A stretch of DNA of 59,130 nucleotides, filler included, from Acidimicrobiia bacterium (GTDB lineage Bacteria > Actinomycetota > Acidimicrobiia > Spongiisociales > JAHEDJ01), in the NCBI GenBank assembly GCA_029210695.1. It is 5 parts of 5 records of this genome, joined end to end, with 100 filler letters (N's around TTAATTAATTAA, not from the genome) between each part and the next. Parts side by side here need not be neighbours in the genome. Positions count along the whole stretch, not along the records: positions 1 to 12,593 come from JARGFH010000082.1; positions 12,694 to 24,805 come from JARGFH010000083.1; 3 more parts are not named here. One strand, 5' to 3'. The notes beneath the pieces are model-generated. The model was not told where the DNA came from, did not search any database, and saw only the letters and a program-made list of their open reading frames with translations. A program made the translations under genes and the position numbers. Below are positions 8,193-18,513 of the stretch, piece by piece; position 1 is the first letter of the stretch; every line of letters begins with the position of its first letter.

Positions 8193-9563
8193 ATGAGTGC
8201 GTTACTCGCACTACTAGCGGGGGCCGGGGCCGGCGCGTACGGATTCCGTACGGCGCGCCGGCTTCGCCCCGCCCGGCGATACCTCGTGGGTGCCCTGCTG
8301 GGCACCCTCGGGGCGGTCGTTGTTTCCGTCTTGACAGGTGGTTGCGCCTACAGCCCTGAGGTCGACGCTGCCCAACACATCCTCGGTATCGCGGTTGCCG
8401 GCGGGATAGGACTAGCCGTTGCGTCCGGCACGTCGGTCGTTCTCGCTTCCGCCAAGGGTGGGAGAGACGCCGGCAGTATCGGGAGCGACATCCGCACCGG
8501 TACCTACCGGCTCGGTTGGTGGTGGCCCTGGGCGCTTCTGCTGCCGACCATCGTCATCCTGGTCGTCTTTCTCTACGTCCCGGCGGTCCAAACGTTCACG
8601 CTCTCCACGAAACTGGTCCGGTTGGGGGCACCCCGTCAGATCGAGGTGTGTCTCGCCAACTTCTCAGAACTCCTCACGCCCAACCCGTGGATTCTGGTCA
8701 TTCTCCCTTTGATCGCGGTCGGGGTCATGTGGGGGCTCGGGTTGTGGAAGCGACGGGCGAGCTTGGGGTCGATGAGCCTGACCGCCGCCACCGCGCTTCA
8801 GCCCTTCGGGATCGTGGTGTTGCTGCTGGCCCTCTACTACATGTTCAACGGAGGCCCCAGGGGATATCGCGGCATCTACGTCAACACGCTGGTTGTGTCG
8901 GCAGGGACCGTTGCCGGTGGCATGATTCTCGGCCTGGCCGTGGCGTACCTCGCCTTCCAGAAGGTTCGCGGGATGACCGTCTACCGGACGTTGCTCATCT
9001 GGCCGTATGCGGTCTCTCCTCCGGTCGCCGGCATCCTCTTCTTCATGATGTTCGACCCGACCGCCGGCATCATCCAGCATCTGTTCGAACTGGTTGGGGT
9101 TACCTTCCCCAACTACCGGGAGGATGTGTTCCTGGCCCGGTTCGCCGTCATCGCCGCCTCGACTTGGAAGATCCTCGGCTACAACGTGCTCTTTTACCTG
9201 GCCGGCCTTCAGAACGTTCCGGGTGATCAGATCGAAGCTTCGGTCCTCGATGGGGCCTCGGCCTGGCAGCGCTTTCGGTACGTGGTGACGCCTTCGCTCG
9301 CTCCGATCACCTTCTTCCTCCTGATCACCAACCTGACCTACGCGTTCTTCGAGGTGTACGGCACCATCGATTACCTGACCAGGGGCGCCCCGGCCGGCAA
9401 GACTTCTGTGGCCATCTACGAGATCATTCGCGTCGGCGTCGAGAACCGGGATATCGGTCGGGGTGCTGCCCAGTCGGTGCTGCTCTTCTTGGCGGTGATC
9501 GGTTTGACCGTCTGGCAGTTCAAACAGTCGGAGAGTCGTATCACCTATGGAGGCGGGGGATGA
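8193..9563 (+). CDS. Carbohydrate ABC transporter permease, UgpA-like, with N-terminal membrane extension
   Basis: EAA motif EASVLDGASAWQRF, YRTLLIWPYAVSPPVAG, multiple TM helices. Confidence 0.88.
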   Translation: MSALLALLAGAGAGAYGFRTARRLRPARRYLVGALLGTLGAVVVSVLTGGCAYSPEVDAAQHILGIAVAGGIGLAVASGTSVVLASAKGGRDAGSIGSDIRTGTYRLGWWWPWALLLPTIVILVVFLYVPAVQTFTLSTKLVRLGAPRQIEVCLANFSELLTPNPWILVILPLIAVGVMWGLGLWKRRASLGSMSLTAATALQPFGIVVLLLALYYMFNGGPRGYRGIYVNTLVVSAGTVAGGMILGLAVAYLAFQKVRGMTVYRTLLIWPYAVSPPVAGILFFMMFDPTAGIIQHLFELVGVTFPNYREDVFLARFAVIAASTWKILGYNVLFYLAGLQNVPGDQIEASVLDGASAWQRFRYVVTPSLAPITFFLLITNLTYAFFEVYGTIDYLTRGAPAGKTSVAIYEIIRVGVENRDIGRGAAQSVLLFLAVIGLTVWQFKQSESRITYGGGG

Positions 9564-10408
9564 CCGGGCTCGCAGTAGGTGTACGAAAGAAGAACTGGTT
9601 CCGGGGTCGGTCCTGGCCGGTCCACGGCGCTCTCATCCTCACGACGTTCCTGATCGGGTTCCCGCTCGCCTACGCGGCGCTCATCGCCACCCAGTCGAAT
9701 CCCGATGTGTTCGCTTTCAAGTTGACACCCGGTGACTCGCTGGCTCAGAACTTCCAGGACGTTTGGTTCGGCCGGAATCTCGGTCGCTACATGTGGAACT
9801 CGACGGTTCAGTCTGTGCTGATCACCGTCGCCAAGACGATCCTGTCACTGGCGGCGGGACTGGCGTTCGTCTACTTCCGATTCAAGGCGAAATGGATTGT
9901 GTTCTTCTTCGTGCTGATCACGTTGATGATGCCGACCGAGGTCATGATCCTGGCTCTCTTCCGATTGGTGTCTGCCTTCGATTGGAAGGACACGATGGCG
10001 GCGCTGGTCGTTCCGTTCGCGGCCTCGGCCACCGGCGCGTTCCTGTTCAGGCAGCATTTCGCCAACCTGCCGAACGATCTCGCTGAGGCATCGCAGGTCG
10101 ACGGGGCCAGTCCGCTCCAGTTCCTCACCAAGGTCCTGATTCCGCTGTCCTGGAACACCATCGGGGCCCTGGCGGTCATTCAGTTCGTCTACGGCTGGAA
10201 CATGTACTTGTGGCCTGTCCTGATCATTTCGAAGCAGGAGGCCCAGGTCATTCAGGTGGGCCTGCAGAATCTGCAGGGTATCGACGTCGGGTTGACGTAC
10301 GGACCGTTGATGCTCGCCGCCCTGCTGGCATCGATCCCGCCGACCATCGTGTTCATTCTGCTTCAGAAGCCGTTCATGTCGGGTTTCTCGATCACGGCCG
10401 ACAAGTAA
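9560..10408 (+). CDS. Carbohydrate ABC transporter permease, UgpE-like
   Basis: EAA motif EASQVDGAS, ASATGAFLFRQHF, WNMYLWP. ATGA overlap. Confidence 0.9.
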   Translation: MTGLAVGVRKKNWFRGRSWPVHGALILTTFLIGFPLAYAALIATQSNPDVFAFKLTPGDSLAQNFQDVWFGRNLGRYMWNSTVQSVLITVAKTILSLAAGLAFVYFRFKAKWIVFFFVLITLMMPTEVMILALFRLVSAFDWKDTMAALVVPFAASATGAFLFRQHFANLPNDLAEASQVDGASPLQFLTKVLIPLSWNTIGALAVIQFVYGWNMYLWPVLIISKQEAQVIQVGLQNLQGIDVGLTYGPLMLAALLASIPPTIVFILLQKPFMSGFSITADK

Positions 10409-10490
10409 ACCGACTCGTTCTGGGCTGCCGGCGAACTGGCCGGCCCCGGTACGGCTCTAGAATCCTGCAACGAACACAGGGGACAATCGA

Positions 10491-10727
10491 ATGACTGCTG
10501 GCTTGGTGGGTCTTGTCGTCGGGATACTCGGTTTGGGCGGGCTAGCCCTCCATCTGTGGGCGATCATCGATGTCGTCCGCACGCCGGCTCCGGTGTGGGC
10601 CCGGGCCAACCAAAATCAGATTGTCTGGGCGCTGGTCGTGCTGCTGTTCTCGCTGCTCGGGCCGATCCTGTACCTCGTAATCGCCCGCCCTGCATTGCAG
10701 GCAGCCGGCGGAGACTCAATCGCCTGA
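10491..10727 (+). CDS. Small membrane protein, PLDc_N-like
   Basis: LWAIIDV...W.LVVLLFSLLGPILY pattern typical of the phospholipase D N-terminal two-helix domain. Confidence 0.75.
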   Translation: MTAGLVGLVVGILGLGGLALHLWAIIDVVRTPAPVWARANQNQIVWALVVLLFSLLGPILYLVIARPALQAAGGDSIA

Positions 10728-10741
10728 GAAGTAACTCTCCG

Positions 10742-10769
10742 ATTGGCCTATGGCCTATGGCCTATGGCC
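10742..10769. repeat. Heptamer tandem repeat (TATGGCC x4)
   Basis: attggcc-tatggcc-tatggcc-tatggcc between convergent genes, overlapping the DUF885 3' end. Confidence 0.75.
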
Positions 10770-12409
10770 ATGTCTATCCATTCGTCGACCATCCGGGCGA
10801 GGGTCTCCATCGGAACGTCGCCGTGTCCGAGAACCACATCGTGGAAGTCCTTGATGTCGAACCGATCGGCCAGGCGTGCCTCCGCGTTGGAGCGGATCTC
10901 CTCGATTTCGAGTCGGCCCATCATGTATCCGAGGGCCTGGCCCGGCACACCAACATATCGGTCGATTTCGCCCTCGACCTGTGTCCGCGTCATCGGGCTG
11001 TGGTCGAGCATGTAGCGAATCGCTTGTTCGCGTGACCACCCGAGGGCATGGAGGCCGGTATCCACGACCAACCGGCAGGCCCGCATCGAGTCGGCCGCCA
11101 GCATGCCGACCCGGTCGAGATCAGACGAATACAGCCCCATCTCGTCCGCGACCCGCTCCGTGTAGAGGGCCCACCCTTCGAGGTATGCAACGGAGAGCGG
11201 TTCGTGGTGAATCGGATGAAGATCCTCGTTCTCGAGCGCCAGGGCTACCTGCAGGTGGTGGCCTGGAATCCCTTCGTGATATGTCGTTGCTTCGACCTGG
11301 AAGGTTCCCCACATCGACGGGTCGGCGGTGTTGAAGAAGAACGTCCCGGGCTTGGAACCGTCTATAGCGGGTTGCGAATAGAACGCAAGGGGCCCCTGCT
11401 CGATCGATTTGGCAACACACGGCGCTTTCGGCAGGACGCCGAACCAGTCGCCCATGGCCGCCGCGGCCCTGGCGAGCGCACGGGTGGCATCTGCCACGAG
11501 GGTCGCGGCATCGGAGTAGTGAAGAGCGGGATCGCTGCGAAGCCGATCGTATATCTCGGCGACGTTCGTTGTGCCGAGGAGCGGGCCGGCAATCTGCGGG
11601 TATTCGTCTTCGAGTTTCTCCACTTGCTGCCGGCCGATGTCGTGGACCCGGCGAGACGGCACCGCTCTCGTGACATTCGCCCACACCAAACGCTCATAGC
11701 TCTCGGCCCCGCCGTCCAGATACACGAGACCGGGTTGACTATCGGGGCGCGCCGCCGGAAGGGCCACGTCGTGGACCACCTTCCGAAGATCGGACAACGC
11801 CGGTCGGACCTGATCGGTGAGGATGGCGGCCAGCCGGTCCCTCCAGCGTGCAGCTTCGGTTGCGGTCATCTCGGTTGGTGCAGGTTGGGCGAGGAGCGGA
11901 TCGGTCGGTGCCCCGAGATGGCGATCGAGGCCGGCCAGTGTCTGCTCACCGATGGTGCGGTTGGCGACCCGGCCCCTTGCAACGGCCGACACAATCCGGG
12001 CCGCGAATTCCGTGAGAGTGTCCGGGAGATTGGCCATTCTCACCAGATAGCGCTCGCCGTGCTCGGCCGTCGTCAACGGAAACCGCGGACCGAAGGTCAG
12101 AAGCATCGGATGGAAACCCATATTCGAGTTGAAGAGCTGGAGATCGTGATACCACTCGAGTTGCTCGTCGGTCGACCCCGCAGCAAAGGCGATCAGGTCG
12201 AGCGTTGGATGGGGTCCGATCTCGACTGTGGCTGCTCCTGCCGTGGAAGCGAAACGCCGTAGCTCCGACCGTCGATGTTCGACGCCATCCGGCGTGAAGT
12301 CCTCCCAGAGTTCGAGGGTGTCGAGGTTGCCCTTCCAGAGCGCACCCATTCGGTCGGATTGCAGATGGAACGCGTGGAACTCGTCGGCGAGGGCGGTGAT
12401 GGTGTCCAT
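10748..12409 (-). CDS. DUF885 family protein (metallopeptidase-like)
   Basis: YHEGIPGHHLQ, EGWALYTE, RACRLVVDTGLH, PGQALGY, FDIKDFHD. Confidence 0.92.
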   Translation of the reverse strand: MDTITALADEFHAFHLQSDRMGALWKGNLDTLELWEDFTPDGVEHRRSELRRFASTAGAATVEIGPHPTLDLIAFAAGSTDEQLEWYHDLQLFNSNMGFHPMLLTFGPRFPLTTAEHGERYLVRMANLPDTLTEFAARIVSAVARGRVANRTIGEQTLAGLDRHLGAPTDPLLAQPAPTEMTATEAARWRDRLAAILTDQVRPALSDLRKVVHDVALPAARPDSQPGLVYLDGGAESYERLVWANVTRAVPSRRVHDIGRQQVEKLEDEYPQIAGPLLGTTNVAEIYDRLRSDPALHYSDAATLVADATRALARAAAAMGDWFGVLPKAPCVAKSIEQGPLAFYSQPAIDGSKPGTFFFNTADPSMWGTFQVEATTYHEGIPGHHLQVALALENEDLHPIHHEPLSVAYLEGWALYTERVADEMGLYSSDLDRVGMLAADSMRACRLVVDTGLHALGWSREQAIRYMLDHSPMTRTQVEGEIDRYVGVPGQALGYMMGRLEIEEIRSNAEARLADRFDIKDFHDVVLGHGDVPMETLARMVDEWIDMAIGHRP

Positions 12410-12518
12410 GCGCTCACGCTAGCGGCGATCTGGTCGGGTGACGATGGGCATGAGGAATATCCAATGTCTACAAGGGATTCCGCCTTCACTTGCCTCTCCG
12501 GGGGGCCGATACATTCAG

Positions 12519-12593
12519 CCTGGATCCACCGGTCTGATCGGTGTCTGACGGTTGGGATTGACATAGAAAATGCCTTCTGACCTGGGAGAATGA
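12519..12593 (+). mobile_element. Probable IS1380-family left end (partial, contig edge)
   Basis: Begins CCTGGATCCACCG, an IS1380-like terminal IR recognised from memory. Followed by TTGACA and TGACCTGGGA. Runs 75 bp to the contig break, like the other IS stubs. Confidence 0.55.
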
Positions 12594-12693
12594 NNNNNNN
12601 NNNNNNNNNNNNNNNNNNNNNNNNNNNNNNNNNNNNNTTAATTAATTAANNNNNNNNNNNNNNNNNNNNNNNNNNNNNNNNNNNNNNNNNNNN
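12594..12693. other. Artificial contig linker
   Basis: N-run, TTAATTAATTAA (stops in all six frames), N-run. Confidence 0.99.
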
Positions 12694-12764
12694 ACCGCCT
12701 GGGCCCACCGCCAGACAACACGAGACAAAGCCGCCGCTTGACAAGATACAACCCTGGGGTGTCT
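12694..12764 (+). mobile_element. IS110-family right end with transposase C-terminus (partial)
   Basis: Frame reads TAWAHRQTTRDKAAA* (stop 12739-12741). TTGACA at 12738-12743, then ...CCCTGGGGTGT-CT core, a typical IS110 right-end layout. Confidence 0.65.
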
Positions 12765-12772
12765 AGCCGGTC

Positions 12773-12800
12773 GGCAATTGGCAATTGGTCATTCGCAATG
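12773..12800. repeat. Degenerate heptamer repeat (GGCAATT-type, 4 units)
   Basis: ggcaatt-ggcaatt-ggtcatt-cgcaatg just outside the IS110 end. Confidence 0.55.
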
Positions 12801-12817
12801 GTGACATGAGTCACCGA

Positions 12818-14961
<2,144 letters not shown>

Positions 14962-15008
14962 CATCTGGCCGGAGCCCGCTCCCGCGGGCCATCTTCGTGG
15001 AGAACAAC

Positions 15009-15299
15009 GTGATTCTTGCCCAAGCTTCAGAGACCTCGACAAGTTCAATACCGACGCTGATCATGTTCCTGTTCCTCGGCGTGGTCTTCTACCTGATGAT
15101 CGTGCGACCGCAACGATCTCGCATGCGGAAGCAAGCGGAATTAGCGGATTCGCTGGAGATCGGCGACCAGGTTCAAACCGTCGGAGGCATCTTCGGATCG
15201 GTTCGCCGGATTGACGAAGACGGTGTCGTCCTCGAGGTTGAGAACGGCTCACTCAAGTTCAGCAAACGCGCAATAGCCACGAAAGTCAATCAAGACTGA
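15009..15299 (+). CDS. yajC: Preprotein translocase subunit YajC
   Basis: FYLMIVRPQ, GDQVQTVGGIFG. Lies between tgt and secD. Start GTG behind GGAG is an estimate. Confidence 0.92.
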   Translation: MILAQASETSTSSIPTLIMFLFLGVVFYLMIVRPQRSRMRKQAELADSLEIGDQVQTVGGIFGSVRRIDEDGVVLEVENGSLKFSKRAIATKVNQD

Positions 15300-16840
15300 T
15301 GTCGAAGCGCGCGGTCACGATGTTGGTGATCCTGGCGGTCGCCTGGGGAGGTCTCGCGCTGGCGCTGACCAACGACATGGCGCCCAAGCTGGGACTCGAT
15401 CTCAAGGGAGGAACGTCGGTCATCCTGCGCGCGCCCGAGGGGACCGATTCGGACGTTCTCGCCAAAGCGGTTGAGGTGATGCGGAGTCGCATCGAGGCAA
15501 TCGGCGGGGTCCAGGAGCCGGAGATCCAGGTCTCCGGTGACCGCAACGTCCTTATCCAACTTCCCGGTGTGACCAACCAGGAGCAAGCGCTCAGCGTGAT
15601 CGGCCAAACCGGCCAGCTGTCATTCCGGCCGGTGCTCGCAGAGCGAACGGCCGGAGATCCGTTCGCCGGGTTGCTGGACACGACGACCACGACAAACCCG
15701 ACCCCCACTTCGACCACTGCTCCGGCAGACGACAGTACGACGACCTCTTCATCGACGACGACCTCGTCATCCACCACGACAACGACCACTACCACCACTC
15801 TCCCCGGTATCGACCCAGACTCCGGTCTGACCATTGCCGACGACCCAACCCAACCGGGCTGGCTGGCGCAGTACGCCGAAGACGGGACGATCGCCGAGGT
15901 CCTGCTCGTCGGCGGAACCGATCTGATGGGCGATCAGGTCGACGAGGCGCTGCCATTCTTCGACCCCACCGAGAATCGTTGGGTGGTCCAACTGGGTCTG
16001 GATTCCACCGGCGCCGATGCCTTCGAAGCGATGACGAAACAGGCCGCTCAATACGGCCTGTACATCGACCCGCAGCGTCGTATCGCCATCGTGCTCGACG
16101 GTGAAATCATGTCCGCACCATGGGTGACCCCCGATGAGGGCATCGCCGGCGGCACCGCCATCATCAGCGTTGGATCCCAGCAGGAGGCACAGGACCTGTC
16201 CGTCGTGCTTCGATACGGTTCGCTCCCGATTTCCTTCGAGCGTCTGGATGTGAAGAAGGTCTCCGCCACGCTCGGTTCGGACTCCCTGCAGGCCGGCCTC
16301 GTGGCCGGGTTGGGCGGGCTGATTCTGGTGGCGATCGCGGTCGTGTTCTACTACCGGGTTCTCGGTCTCGTGACTGTGCTCGGGATCTCCGTGTTCGGGA
16401 GCCTGCTGATCGCCACGATCGGTACTCTCGGACGGGTGCAAGGGTTGACGCTGACGCTGTCCGGAGTCACCGGCATCATCGTGTCGATCGGCATCACCGC
16501 CGACTCCTACATCGTCTTCTTCGAACGAATCAAGGAGGAAATTCGCGAGGGTCGGTCGCTGCTCCTCGCCGTCGACGAAGGATTCGCACGGGCGTTCCGT
16601 ACGATTCTCACCGCAGACACGGTCTCATTCATGGGCGCGTTCCTGCTGTATGCGCTGGCAATCGGCCCCGTCAAGGGATTCGCCCTCTCCCTGGGCATCG
16701 CAACCGTCGTCGATGTCATCGTTGCCTACTTCTTCACGAGGAACGTCGTCGGGATCCTTGCCCGCACGGGATTCGGCGAAGGTGGTTGGTTCTCGATCCG
16801 CGGCGCTACGGGAGTGGCCCTGGAGGGGAGCACGTCATGA
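15299..16840 (+). CDS. secD: Protein translocase subunit SecD
   Basis: LGLDLKGG, IAIVLDG, LRYGSLP, GITADSYIVFFERIKEE, VKGFA. Contains a Thr/Ser-rich insertion. Confidence 0.97.
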   Translation: MSKRAVTMLVILAVAWGGLALALTNDMAPKLGLDLKGGTSVILRAPEGTDSDVLAKAVEVMRSRIEAIGGVQEPEIQVSGDRNVLIQLPGVTNQEQALSVIGQTGQLSFRPVLAERTAGDPFAGLLDTTTTTNPTPTSTTAPADDSTTTSSSTTTSSSTTTTTTTTTLPGIDPDSGLTIADDPTQPGWLAQYAEDGTIAEVLLVGGTDLMGDQVDEALPFFDPTENRWVVQLGLDSTGADAFEAMTKQAAQYGLYIDPQRRIAIVLDGEIMSAPWVTPDEGIAGGTAIISVGSQQEAQDLSVVLRYGSLPISFERLDVKKVSATLGSDSLQAGLVAGLGGLILVAIAVVFYYRVLGLVTVLGISVFGSLLIATIGTLGRVQGLTLTLSGVTGIIVSIGITADSYIVFFERIKEEIREGRSLLLAVDEGFARAFRTILTADTVSFMGAFLLYALAIGPVKGFALSLGIATVVDVIVAYFFTRNVVGILARTGFGEGGWFSIRGATGVALEGSTS

Positions 16841-17904
16841 GTACGTTCTCGCGGCTGTACCGGGCTGATACTTCTTTCGATTTCGTCGGCAATGCAAGGC
16901 GGTGGCTCATCATCTCAGGGACGATCGTCTTCGTCTCCCTGGCCGGTTTCGTGATCCGCGGACTCAATCTCAATGTGGACTTCGAGGGCGGCGTCATCGT
17001 GCAGGTCGCCAACGAAACGAACGCCACGGTGGCCGACATGCGGGCGGCGCTGACCGCGATAGGCCTCGGCGATGCCCGAATCGAGTTCCTGGACTCGCTC
17101 GACGGAGCGACTGCCTTTCGTGTACGGACGCCCGCACTCGATGAGGCGCTAGAGAGCGAACTCGTGCACACCGTTGCCGACACCGGCGGCGTCGGTATCG
17201 AAGAGACCGACGTTGAGGCGGTCGGGCCGACCTTCGGAGCGGAGATCACGGCACGAGCCATCCAGGCTCTAGTCGTATTCCTGGTGGTCGTGGCGCTCTT
17301 CATCGCCTGGCGTTTCGAGTGGAAGATGGCCATGGCCGGGCTTACGGCACTGTTCCACGATCTGATTATCACCTTTGGTGTCTACGCCCTGGTCGGATTC
17401 GAGGTGACCCCGGCAACGGTGGTGGCGGTGTTGACGATTCTCGGCTACTCCCTCTACGACACGGTGGTGGTCTTTGACAAGGTCACTGAGAACGTCGAGT
17501 CGTGGAGCGACAGCCACACGTACACGGAAATCGTCAACAGGGCCATGAATCAGGTGTTGATGCGCTCCATCAACACGTCTCTGACGAGTCTCTTGCCCGT
17601 GGGCTCCCTCCTGTTCGTCGGTTCCTATCTCCTCGGCGCCGCCACCTTGCGTGAGTTCGCGTTGGCGTTGTTCGTGGGAATCGCTGCCGGAACCTATTCG
17701 TCCATCTTCGTCGCCTCGCCGCTGCTTGCCGTGTGGAAAGAGAAGGAAGACTATTGGCAGTTGCATCGTCGACGCCTGGAAGGGCGCCGCGAAGCCAAGC
17801 TCACCAAGGCGTCGGCCGGCCGGACTTCCGCGCCGCGAGCAGCGCGACCGCCGACGGTGGGTGGAGTCACGCCGAGGCCGCCAAAGAAGCGCAAGAAGCG
17901 CTAG
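16837..17904 (+). CDS. secF: Protein translocase subunit SecF
   Basis: LNVDFEGG, ALFHD, GYSLYDTVVVFD, RSINTS, GTYSSIFVASP. ATGA overlap with secD. Confidence 0.97.
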   Translation: MSTFSRLYRADTSFDFVGNARRWLIISGTIVFVSLAGFVIRGLNLNVDFEGGVIVQVANETNATVADMRAALTAIGLGDARIEFLDSLDGATAFRVRTPALDEALESELVHTVADTGGVGIEETDVEAVGPTFGAEITARAIQALVVFLVVVALFIAWRFEWKMAMAGLTALFHDLIITFGVYALVGFEVTPATVVAVLTILGYSLYDTVVVFDKVTENVESWSDSHTYTEIVNRAMNQVLMRSINTSLTSLLPVGSLLFVGSYLLGAATLREFALALFVGIAAGTYSSIFVASPLLAVWKEKEDYWQLHRRRLEGRREAKLTKASAGRTSAPRAARPPTVGGVTPRPPKKRKKR

Positions 17905-17985
17905 CGCACGTACCAGTACCTACTGGCTCGGTGACACGACTTCCGCTCGAGTCTCACGTATGCATGATCCTGGTACCCTCCGACC

Positions 17986-18513
17986 GTGATTGAAAGCATG
18001 CTTCGTTCGCTCATTCGGGATGTTCCCGACTTCCCAGAGCCGGGAGTCATCTTCAAGGACATCACGCCGGCACTGGGAAATGCCGGCGCCCTCGTTGACA
18101 TCGTTGAGGCGCTCGCCGCTCCCTACATGAATCAGGGGATAACGAAGGTGGCCGGGATCGAGTCACGCGGTTTCATCCTCGCCGCCCCGGTCGCCATGGC
18201 GCTGGGAGCCGGGTTCGTCCCGTTGCGCAAGCCGGGCAAACTTCCATACGAAGTCGTGCGAGAAGAGTATTCCTTGGAGTACGGTATCGACGCGCTCGAG
18301 ATGCACATCGATGCAGTGGAAGCCGCTGATCGGGTCCTGGTGGTCGACGACGTGATTGCCACCGGGGGCACCGCGGCCGCCGCCACCCGACTTCTGAATC
18401 GTCCCGGTGCGCATATCGTCGGGATGATCGTCTTGGTCGAGTTGACGTTCCTCAACGGTCGGGAGGCGCTCAATGGACTTCCCATGCGCGCGCTCGTGAC
18501 GTATGGCGACTGA
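17986..18513 (+). CDS. apt: Adenine phosphoribosyltransferase
   Basis: PDFPEPGVIFKDITP, GIESRGF, RKPGKLP, VVDDVIATGGT. Confidence 0.97.
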   Translation: MIESMLRSLIRDVPDFPEPGVIFKDITPALGNAGALVDIVEALAAPYMNQGITKVAGIESRGFILAAPVAMALGAGFVPLRKPGKLPYEVVREEYSLEYGIDALEMHIDAVEAADRVLVVDDVIATGGTAAAATRLLNRPGAHIVGMIVLVELTFLNGREALNGLPMRALVTYGD

